The translations under genes were made by a program, and so were the position numbers. From Catajapyx aquilonaris (lineage: Eukaryota), in NCBI GenBank assembly GCA_000934665.2, contig KZ538325.1, forward strand, positions 1 through 64,000: 64,000 nucleotides of DNA. Reading direction: 5' to 3'. Below, piece by piece: positions 50,301 through 61,800 of the stretch. The notes beneath the pieces are model-generated. The model did no database searches and was not told the DNA's origin. It was given only the letters and a program-made list of their open reading frames with translations. Position 1 is the stretch's first letter. Each line of letters opens with the position of its first letter.

Positions 50301-51214
50301 CAAAATGGATTCAGAGGAGCTTTGATATCCTCTGGGATCATGAAATATGAACGCGTTCTAGGAGCAGACTAACCCGGAACTTACGATTAAGCGATGCCAG
50401 GAAAAGCTAATGGAGAAGATGGGCAGAATCTTGGGGGAAGTTCAGGCTGCAAAGAGTGCGGCATAAATTGCGTCAATTTTTGGATCCTGCTTACTATAAC
50501 GGTTAAGGGTGACATAATCACTGTTATTGCTTAAACGCTATTTTTCGATTTGGCCTGTATTTTGGATTAAATTTAAGCAAATTTCTACTTCTGAGGATAT
50601 TGACAATGGTGAGGTACAATGTCAACAAATTTCGGGGATTCAGGGTTTCGATTCGTCTTAGGGAATTGATTCTGTGTTAAGAGCGAATGGCTTCAAAGGG
50701 AAGCTCATATAATGAGTTCGGTTCCAATGCACTCGCCGATTTGGTTGGCCTGCTGGTTTCAACCCGCGGATTCGATTACTAGCTCCAGTCAGTGGCTGGA
50801 CCCAGGCCATTATTACCGCGAGAGGCACGCAGTCTCATTTGTTGAATCAAAACGCAGGCTTCCTCTCTTTTATACACTCTTCAGGACCACTCTTCGGTCT
50901 AACAAATGTGAAGGGATGTCGCGCCTTCTGTTTATGGAATTTCCCCTCAGCAACGATAAATTTGCACGTTTTTTTTCTCTCCACCCAACAGCGCTCTGGG
51001 AATCCGCAATTGTTTTTTGGCGAGAATTTGCACTCATTTTGGCGACAGCATGTATGATGCAACGGTTCAGAATAATAGCCTGAGGTTACGCTGCAAGTTT
51101 GGTGAACTTACGCGCCTGTCAATATTCGCCCGCGGTCCACCCCCGGTAAATACCGGGAGTCTTACCGGCCAAATGTCCCTAACTTGGAGACGGAACACTT
51201 GGGCCACGTAAAAC

Positions 51215-51408
51215 GACCGTTTAATTCCGTTGATTTGAAATGGCCGTTAAATTCCGTTGAGTTGAAATGGCCGTTAAATTCCGTTGATTTGAAAGGGCCG
51301 TTAAATCCTGTTGATTTGAAGTGGCCGTTAAATTCCGTTGAGTTGAAATGACCGTTAAATTCCGTTGATTGAAATGACCGTTAAATTCCGTTGATTGAAA
51401 TGACCGTT
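51215..51408. repeat. 26-27-bp minisatellite x7 (gRccgttaaattccgttgatttgaaat)
   Basis: Five 27-bp and two 26-bp adjacent units plus a partial unit, with no spacers. Confidence 0.95.
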
Positions 51409-51467
51409 GGGGAGTTTCCGTCTCCAATCCAGGGACATGTAAGTATGAGCCATGCGTATTGTCTTAC

Positions 51468-51681
51468 CAGGAATGACCCTAGGCCCGTTGGCCGCGATGG
51501 GTCCGCTGCCGTACTTGACCTGGCCGGGGTCGGCGTTGGAGGACACAATGGCAATGTCCTCTAGCTCCTCCTCAGCGTGCAGATCCTGTCTTGAGCAGGG
51601 CGTGTACTTGACCGTCTTAGCTGCATCGCCCCCCAGCTTGCTGCGAGCAAGGGAGAGCATCCGCCTCTTGGCGGACATCAT
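51468..51681 (-). CDS. Probable first coding exon of the same CNG channel (MMSAKRRMLSLARSKLGG...GPRVIP)
   Basis: It has gccATG context with an in-frame stop 9 nt upstream, GC-rich coding-like codons and a strong donor CCTG|gtaaga (GT at 51467-51466). Its 214 nt end in phase 1, matching the phase-1 acceptor at 33322 and giving ...VIPG|IITSSGRMVGERL... The join is inferred from phase, not from homology. Confidence 0.75.
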
Positions 51682-52400
51682 GGCCAGGGGTCAACCCCGG
51701 CGGCAGATGACCCAGCAGCACCCGCGGACTAGAACCTGCGTCATGCTGCCGATGACCCCGTCGCCTCCGCCGCCTCCAGTTCGAGGAGGAGGATGACCCG
51801 AGGAGGGACGCCGTGGCTATATCTGGATGGGGGTGGGCTTTGAAGGTATAGGTACTGCCAACACTCACACTCTTAGCACCGGACACCAAACACACACGAG
51901 TTTTCGTCGCGTGTTACGACAAACTAGGTGCATGCCTCAGGGTTGGATCATGGCGGAACACGGGGTGACCAGTGACTACTCGCGCCCATAGATTCATGAG
52001 GTCACGGTCACCCACGACACCGATGCACAACACAAGGGAGCGGCGGCCATGACGCCGTGCGGCGCACTATCACAGCACTGGGCTAAAACTGCATCGATTG
52101 GGACGCGGGCTTTCCCATACACAGCCGGAGAGCAGAGAGAGGGAGAGAGATATATAGAAAGAGGAGATTGGGAGAGGGGAGGGGGTGATACTAGATAGAG
52201 ATAGGAATGGGGCGGGGTGAAGAGAGCTATCTAGAAAAAGAACCCGGTGTAGGACCCGGAGAAACGCCCGGCTCGTGCAACACCCTCTGCCTCTCTGGCT
52301 GGACCAGGTTTCATGGCAGTGGATAGTTTCAGAACCGGTCGCAAGCGGCGCTGCCACACTCGACGCCATCACAGGGAGTCGGACTCGTACATTTAAACGC
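51682..52400 (-). promoter_or_regulatory. GC/CpG-rich putative 5'UTR and proximal promoter of the CNG gene, with a GA/CT-rich tract
   Basis: CpG density is high relative to the flanks. GAGAG-rich tract at ~52127-52200 and a TTTAAA near 52392-52397. It lies directly upstream of the ATG exon; the TSS was not determined. Confidence 0.4.
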
Positions 52401-55400
52401 CGGCAGTGTCACCCAGCATGACACTCATCACTATACCAATCGAAGACATCAATAATATCAATGATATTACACACCCACGCAATTTATGCACCAAAATATG
52501 TAAAATTGTGTAGAAACAAAACCCAATGACATTCTTTTCGACCAGTATTGACAGTATCGATTTAGGGTGTCCAAATTTACTTGTTTCCCTACTTTTTGTC
52601 GGTTTTAGGAGGATATTAGATCGATCGGTTATACTATCGGGTTACAATGCATGATACGCAGGCTTGATTGGATTTGAAGCTGCTCATTCTCCTGGTCATT
52701 TTTTTGGCGTAAGGGGCTGGACGGTCGTAAACAGGGGCCAAATGTTTTTTAAGCGACGAGATACGAAGGATGAAATTTTGTCACCCCGTTTTTTTTTTTT
52801 GTTACGAGGGTTTATACTAGGAAGGACTGGATCATTATTATTTTATCCTTGACGGTGATTGGATGAATTTTTTCCATCCCCCCGAGGTGTCAGCTTTGTT
52901 TGTCAGCTTTACAAATAAGAATGGGCGTATGCTGGGCTTGGAATTTAATTATTACTGTTGGTACTAAGGGGAAGGGTGTTTTTAAGCCTCGAATCGTTGC
53001 TTTCCGCGCTCTCGAGTGTTTATCAATTATGCGTTATCTTGCGGTATCGATGATTACCAGCGAAACGAAGGGTTGCTTTCAGCTCACCGGATTTATTATT
53101 CAGTGCGGCTTGTATACTGTTAAAAGCACAGGTTTTTCAGTCCGCATCTGATTTTAAAATAGATTGAGAACTATTGAATGTTTGTATTTTATGCGGTCTT
53201 ACTATAATTCATTTCTAGACATAACTTGTGAGAAATTACCTCCCGAGGGGTCACTCATGATCATGATACAAGAACCAGCCTTGCTTCAGGCCGTCTCACG
53301 ACTACATACAACTCCTATGGCTTACACTCCCGCATCCACGACATCTATAGGCAACACTGCCAACTTCCAACTAACTCCATCTACTGGATGTGAAGGATGT
53401 CACAAACTTATAATCTCAGCGGGCATACCTTAGTGTGGTTATATTACTAGATAAGTGTGAATGTCGTGGTTACAAGCGACATCAAGATTTAAATCCAATT
53501 GGCGAAGTTGGTAGGTGGTTTGGGAATAAAGGATGAGATTGGTTAATCCTTAGCTGTATTCAGTCGATGCGGTGTATTTCCCCCCACGGAATTGCGAAAT
53601 CTGTAAATTCCTAGCTCATTTGCTAAAACTAATTTGCCTCATTCCTAGAAAAGTTGTTAAAAATACATCGCAGGTAAATGTTTGTTTAGCATAGTTGGGT
53701 TTACTGAACTACAGTACATTGAGCGGTTAAAAAATCACTGCAACTATAACCATTTTTGCCTAATTGCACGCACGTAATGTGAATCAGTTTATTGAATAGC
53801 TAGCATGTTGATACAACGTCAAATATAGATGCTCTATTCCATTACTTTACATATTTCTCAGCTTTACCTTACCTTGGTAATATCACGTTTCAGTAGAGCA
53901 TAACATTACTTTGCTCGCTCCCAAATCTCTGAGAAGTTCCTCGATTTTTTTTTTTTTTTTTGCTAACTCTATTATGATTGAAAACAACAGACTAGTGTTT
54001 TACTACATTACATCCCTCGTATATACCAGCAGTATTTTACTTATACTAACCCCGGAAATTTAACAAAGTTTTGTTCCGAAACCGACACGGTCCCTATAGA
54101 AAAGCCTAATTAATTAAACTTTCCAAGTATTCCGTCTAACAGTAGATTTTAAAACATTATTTGAAGCTCTAAAAGTTAATGGGCGGTTTTCACGCCGAAT
54201 TTCCTCCAGGTTGAACACTACACACCGCACAAAACTCTGTTCTCCAGGAGTTTAAATTTATAATTAGGACCTACTGCCTGGAAGTGTTGATATGGGGACG
54301 AAGCTTTGAAAGGGCGTGAAGATTATTTAGCATATTGAAGCGCTAGACAAGGATTGGCTAGAGACCACGCTTGGCTCATTCCCATTGGCTGATCAGTGCG
54401 CATGCGCCAATTCGACTCAACAGTTGAACAGTACAAGGCTGATCTAGTTGCTTTGGCCTTGGCCTTCCAAATTAAATATTCAGACAATATTGTACCATAT
54501 ATTTGTAAGGAAATTTTGCAAATTTTTATTAAGCATACATCGTACCTCATTACACAAAGATATCAACTAGTTGCACTAGTTTGTTGTCATACTAAAGCAT
54601 GGCCGTGCATGAGGTCCACCGAATAAAGTTGGCTTATCTTTTTCATTTAAGTGTAAACGAAGCGACGTATGAACAATTGTGGTCGATGGAAAGTACACTC
54701 TTGATATGATGAAGGGCCTGGTTTTAGCCAACCCGTATCTGCCCTCGGTTCAAAAAATTACAATTACAAATTACAGCGTTTTTGCTGTTTCCATCCGGGC
54801 CTAAACCCACCCCACACTGATTGAGCCGAAAACAATCGCAATTGTAAGTGTAGCTCAATGAATGAATGTTCCGGAGGGCGCCATCCGATTGATATCCGCT
54901 TGGAAATCGGTTGAAAATCCTCATTTGATTTTCCATGGCGGATTTTGTGTGGGTGACAGATTTCGACCAGGCTAGAAAACAAAGTTTGTCGCTCGTTGCA
55001 TTTGTCTCCTATAGCCAAAGTCTCTACACGCATCATATCGCGCAACATGCCACAAATCACCGCAGTTCAATCACAAATGACGCAAATATTTATGCGCTCC
55101 ATATCGTTAATTAGCTTTGTTGAACACTGTTATACGACCTCTATTTAACGCGTCGTGTTTTGTTTGGACCCCAAGTTGTACATATGTTTCCGTTGGTGCA
55201 ATTATTCACGGGATGCATTATTTCATTCGAGGAGAAACAGGGACCAATAGTATGACACATTACTCACTAATTGTGAACGAAGGATTAGTATAATTGGTGG
55301 CCCATCCATCGCGGTTATTTGCTCCAATTGCTTACAGTCGGTTGAACCTTTAACCCCTGGGGCCAAGTATAGCTTACGTCAGCTTGGCCAGATCTGCAGA

Positions 55401-58400
55401 AATTCGATCCACCCGGGCTTGGGTGAAACATGGCGATAGACTCCCACCTACGTCCGTGTAGTAGCTGACTGGACCATTAATATCCTGTCCAATCCGCTGG
55501 AGGCGCCCTATTCCTCCCCCCTCAACGGTCATCCGGGGACTTTTTCCTCCGCTGACGCCATATTGCCAGAGCCAGAATGTGAGATCCGAGGCCTTTTCTT
55601 CCTTCTCGGACGATATATTGCCAGCGGGGAATCCGGTGGAACCATTTTCCTGTTTGACGCTGTGCTGTCAGCTTTCACCAGCCATATTGTGGTAGGAGGG
55701 TGGACCATTGACGTCATCTACATGGCTAGACAATGTACTGTAGTGGCTTATGTAGCAAACTTGTACACTATACCAACTTTCCACTTCCAGCCTAATTACG
55801 TTATGCCTAGGGATCCCAAGCAACCGTCTTTTCATCAAAATGCGATATTTACGCCAATTAAGTGCCGATTTGGCTCTCGAATGAAACGCAAACGCAGTGA
55901 ATATGTCTAATCCGTTAGCCTTGCGTCCCAAGCACCTGCTGTGGATTATCAGATTAACTATTCTCATTAGCCCCGTTTATGCCTGCTGGTGTCCACGTTA
56001 ATAGAGCCTATTCCGGCGGCCCCTTCTTGCCAAGCCAAATTTTGTGCCATACAGACATGCCTCTCCCAGCATGTGCCTGATATAAACTGTGCGGATGATC
56101 AGCTTTGACTAATGTTGCACCACGCAATGGCGCACGTCCTACTTTGTACAGGGCCTTTTTTACAGAATGCAATTCCAGCTATTACTGCGCCAGAAAACTT
56201 ATCCGGATCTCCCCTTAATAGTCCGATTAAATGAAACAGTGCAGCTTATTTTAGGATAACAGCCCATCGATATAATTGCCCATCATTGTTGAGCCACATC
56301 TGCCCACTCCATATAGTTATAAAACTGGTCTTATAGTCTTCTGGTTAATGAATTCGGCTGTCTTTTTTACACACACAAAAAAGTCCATAACTGTTGTGTG
56401 ATTGGTGGTGCACCTGCTCAAATAATGTAAGATGACTTATTGATGAAGCGTGTAATTAAAGGTAATATATTCGGCCACTTGGCCTCTGGCTCATGGGATT
56501 TGCAGGTGGTTTATGATGGGATATTGATTATGACTGGTAGTGCTGGAAGGCAGCAGCAGTTTTTTTTTTTTTTTTTAAAAAAGAGAGAAGCTATTCACAA
56601 TGGCCTCTGCAGTGCCTCATGGAGGAAAAGGCGTGTAGCACGTTCCAATGAGAACATAATGAAATGTCAACTGCATTGGGCCCCGGAGAGCCTGCCCAAT
56701 GCAATCAAATATTTACACTTGTCGCGCGCAGGCGGAGACCTAGCACGACCTGTCAATGCTGCTTTTTTGTCAGCAACTTTATATTTCGCTCTGAGAAATT
56801 AATGGGACACTTCTTACAAGTATTGATATAACTAAGTATGTAGCAATTCAGCATATTAATTTATTATATCATTTATTCATTTTGTTTATTAATTTCATTT
56901 TGTGGCTGGTAATATTTCTGTTCCGAAAATTTATTATCGTAGAACGTACTGGTATTTCGTAACTTTAGTTCTTCCAGGCGACACATTGTACCGTCACGTG
57001 GACTAGTACATGTCTGCTCCAACATTAGTTTGAGCCTATTTAAATACCAAATGTAAGCCGAGCTCGTTATTTTTGTTTCGAGCTGACTGAAAAGTTTCTA
57101 TGGTGGTCGCAGATTTTTCTCCTTCTCAAAGGATTTTTTTTCCCCCTCCTCCACCCCCCTCCATTTTTTTTTTTTTTTTTGTATATCGAGCGATGTCTCT
57201 TAGGGTTTGCACCCGGGTTGAAAATCTGAAAGGAAAAACCGGTGCAGCTCAAGTAATATTCAAGGGAGCAGAAAAAAAATGCGATGCAGGTGGATTGTTT
57301 TACACCCTACCCCTACCCTAGAGCCTGTAAAGCTAAAACTTCAGACCTCTGTTTTACTTACAAACTTCTTTAGATGCGCAAAGTTTTTTTTTGAGGGGGG
57401 AAGGAGGCCTATAAGACGCTACCAATATCTTATATGAGGCCCAAGCCAAGGGGAATTGTTCGTGGCAAACACATTAGTGACAGAGGGGCAAAGGAGAGAA
57501 AATACTGGCTGTTGCTTGCCAAAGCACACTCATTTTGGAATTAATAGGGTCGTAAGTCCGTCATTTGCAGTCTGGTCTGAACCAGCCAGAACTAAACCTA
57601 AATATGTATTGTTTACCCTGGACACAATATTGTAATCTTTTTTGACATGTGGACTTTGGTTATGGACCATCCTGTTCAGGCCTTTTATGTATGTCCCTGT
57701 GTTACCAGAAAGTGTGTGCCTTTTTTGGTGTGATTTATTTAAATTTCGGGAGTGGAGCACGCTTTTACCTGGGGGACTGGCGCAATGTGTGGAGTTTTCT
57801 ATTTTTGGGTGTGTGGGTTGTTAAGGATCTGCAGGTGGATAATTAATTAATTACGCATGCAAAGTGGTAATTTCTGCAGGGAACATTCTCTGCGGTAAAT
57901 ATGCATGGGGCATTAGTAAATGTGGGTAAAAATTATAATCATACGATAATTAATACTGAATGATTTTAATAAAGGTTTTGTCAAGCAGATGATTTTTTCC
58001 AACTATTAGGAATGTACTGAATAAGAATGTTTAGACGATGGGTAGTGTTTTATGTTGCAAGTTGTCAGCACAGTGACTGTAGTACTCAACCATTTTCCCC
58101 TACACTGACTCGAAGGTCTCCGTGGTTTGGCTACACCTAAGTATAGCACCAGTTGAATTGTTGATGCCATGGGAAAAGGTGCATTTTTGGCTCACTGCAA
58201 AACCCTAGAAATTTTACATGAGACGCGGAAATTCTGGCCTCATTAATAACTAATCAATCGCTACGAGCCTCGCAACCAGAACTGTGGAAGAGAAAATTCA
58301 TATTGCATCGATGAACTTTGAGGTGTAACCCTGATTAACATCTAGGCACTCCTACAAAACAGGGATGGTGCAACAAGTGCCAGCGAGGAAACACCGGGGC

Positions 58401-58669
58401 TGCGAATTCCTTTATCGGAGGAACGCTGTTGTCGATACATTACAGTTGTTAACGTCGACGCAGGCCAGACTAGGGGCTCCATTACTTAGATTGAGTATCC
58501 GAACCCATCACAGTCCTCCTGCACGCCAGGCCCGTGAACATTCCCAATCATGGTGATGAGTTCTCTCGATGTGATTAATTAGGAAATTGTAAAATATTCC
58601 TCGCTAAACGCAGCTGCTGGGAAAATCATTTCTGGCAGCAGCACACCCCAAATTTAATACCGAAACGCA

Positions 58670-58858
58670 ATATCGATTTTTGATATATTTCATATGGATA
58701 TTCATATCGATTTTTGATATATTTCATATGGATATTCATATCGATTTTTTAAATATTTCGTATGGGCATATCGATATTCATATCGATTTTTGATATATTT
58801 TATATGGACATATCAATATTCATATCGATTTTTTAAATATTTCGTATGGGCATATCGA
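58670..58858. repeat. 34/42-bp minisatellite x5 (atatcgatttttgatatatttcatatggatattc and longer variants)
   Basis: Units start at 58670, 58704, 58738, 58780 and 58822. Confidence 0.92.
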
Positions 58859-61800
58859 GCGAAATGTTGCAGTTGACCTCACATGCATAGGCTGAGAAAT
58901 ATGGAGGATATGTCAAGCTGGGTTTTATGGAGGTAAAAAGTATAATCTTGAGCGCGTCTGGAGAGGTAGGGGTGTGGAGTAGGAGCCTCTCTGAAGAAGG
59001 CCCGACTTGATTGCTCTCATTACCGCTGCAGGGAAAAGCCCAGCTCCTTATCTGTCTCGGCCACTGCAGAGAGTAAAGACGTGAGAGAAAGTGACTTGCT
59101 CATTATTCTAGATTTCAAATAAGGACCAAAGTCTGGGAATTATGGGAGGAGACACAGAGGTACAGTCTGATGAACTGTACTCCACATCTATTAGAATAAC
59201 GATGCCAGTTTAGGGGTGCACGGATTTGCCACACTTATTGGGAGAACTCTATTAGTAAAATAGGTGGTGCATACTGTCATCAAACTGACGTAAACTGAGA
59301 CAATGCAGCAATGTTGCATGATATTGAACCGTGCAGGTTGCAACACCACATTGACAATCCCCCACTAAATCCGGATCAACATGACCGATCTGCTTTTGGT
59401 AAATCTTATCCTAGCTTAAATCACTATAAATCACCCATAGCGTCGGGAGAGAGAGAGAGAGAGAGTCCTCCCTGAAGCGCAGTATTGACAAAAAGTTGTC
59501 GCAGCTAGGATCCTGGCCACAGTATGCAATGGGCCTAATTACAAGGGAACACTGGCTGCTTGGAAATGTATGCAAATGCCCCTGAACCTAACCCGACGGT
59601 AAAGCTGTCAGTTGCAGCTGCCTTTACCCCCATTTTCTGTTGTCTCAAAATGCTGAGTTTGAATTCGACCTTAGGGGGTGCCCCCTAGAGTTCAATATGG
59701 CGCAGAGGAAAGTGGACGACGTAAAGTTTCATGACCTGCGATCATAATTGATTTCCCCCTTTTTTATTATTGGAACCGGTTCTGGTACTTGCAAATTTTA
59801 GAGCTGGTTTCCTCTTGTAATCATTATTTATGGGCCAATATTGTCGTTAGGGAAAAAAAAGATGGCGATTAGCCGCATGTCTGCAAATGGGCGACAAGTG
59901 TTGCCATCTACCCACTGGAGTCTTTGATGTCTTTGATGATGATGTCCCCAGTCGAAAAATCGGGCGAGCAGAAGACTTTAACAACCTGGGTCCAAACAGA
60001 ATAAGATGCCCTCCTGCACCATTTCTGACTCGACCGATACCAATAGCTCCAGAGGGCGGAACATTTTTGGATGACTGCCTCGCCTGTAAATAAGTGGATG
60101 AAAAATCGATAGCATCCTGCAGTACCCCCAAGTCGTTAGGCAAACGGTTGGAGAAACAAGCAAAAATCCTACTTGCCTAATAATATGATCGTTTCCTTCT
60201 TTTTTTAAAGATGATGCTAACGACATGGTGCAATACCAATATTTTATTAGTTGCACGTACTTTCAAAATCAATTTTCCAGCCGATTCACCCAGGATGTTA
60301 GGGGTTTCCTCTTGGACCCTTTTTGTTAGGCAAAGGACGCCACTAGAGAAAGTGTTGTTCTTTCACTTGGAGCACCATGCTTTTTCCTGGAGGCTCATGA
60401 ATTATAAATGGCACGTCATAAAAGGTGCAAATATTTGAGCACGGGGCCTCACTTGGGATGAGAGTGGAATACGTTCGTTTTGTTGGTGAAGAGTGTCTGT
60501 GTCTGTGTCAGCAGTGTTGTATGAATAATACTGTACCTAGTATGCTCACTGGCCAATTGAAAAGTAAAATCATTTCAGGCTAACTATTAGCGATAATGAA
60601 TTATCAGTACCATCCGGATATGTAATGATGTTATTATTACAATGCGGGCATTTCGAATTTCACGCAACCTGTACCACAACACAGGCAGGTACACAGTCCA
60701 TTTAATGTTTAGCTTAACGACATCCCCTGCGCATAATGTTACTACATGGCGCACCATACATGGATTGATCCTTCCCTGTGTGCGCATACCCCGTACATAT
60801 GCGGCTAATGCACACGTCAAGCACGTGCAAAACAGCGGCGTCACGCTGTTGCTCGTCACCGTCACCGATCATTAACGCTCCGGCTCCATCACTGATAGTT
60901 ACCAACCACACAAAAGAAGAATCGCGTTTTATTTCAGGACCTTGACGCAAGCCTGGTTGTGTAATTAACCAAATCCATTGGTAATCAATATGCCAAACAC
61001 AATCTACAGAAGAAGAAAAAAAGTTTTTCAGAAATATTTCTCCAGTAACGAGCAGATCGATTATGTTGGTATGGACCAAGCACTCACTAGAGGTCATTCA
61101 GAGCTGAGAGCGTGATTCGAATGCTGATTTTCCAAGCCTCAGGTCAAGTCTATAGGATTCACCTCTGAATGGCCAGGTCCGTTGAAGTAGGCATGGTTTT
61201 AATGGTACCAACCTGGAGGGTAAGGTCGGACCTCTTCGCCTCACTTGGGTCCTACAAAAGACATTTGGAACCTAATGGTCCGATTCTACTCACTAAGGCA
61301 TACTTTGGCACATTTTTTGTCTTTTAATGCCTTTTCACTGAAAAAGCTGCCCCTGCAGGTTATGCTACTCCTACTACAGACGTGAAGTTGCATAGTAGTC
61401 AGGACTCGCTTTGCGAGGCGGGGGAAGCGGGGGGGCTCCGCCCCCCCCCACACCCCCCCTTGGGGCTGCGCCCCACTTTGCGCGCCTTCGTCGCAGGATT
61501 TGCACGCCCTTTGGATTGCATCATTCCAGGATGAAATCGGAGGTGGAAGGGTATACCTTTATACAGTATGTAGTGACGCCTGTAGCGTCCATCCAAAAAC
61601 CAGATGCCCAAAAGTTCAGGACTGAAAGATTAACCTACCCTCCCTCCCTCCCCCGCCTTGCCCTCGTTTTCCCGGCGGGAAAATGAAGTTGTAACTCCCA
61701 GCCTAAACAGGTTTCGCACTTATTGCATTTGAGCCCGATGGCAAGCAGTGTGGATTAGGGCCAGGAGATGATTGCGGGCCGCCATTTGACGCCAGATTCA

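Larger units (their letters stand above)
33323..51467 (-). other. Predicted GT-AG intron (18,145 bp) of the CNG gene
   Basis: Bounded by the donor and acceptor described above. No credible coding exon was seen inside, but small cassette exons cannot be excluded. Confidence 0.7.

Noticed and set aside
51215..51408. CRISPR-like array (27-bp repeats ending in TTGAAA)
   Set aside because: The units are head-to-tail with no unique spacers, there are no cas genes, and the context is a eukaryotic intron.
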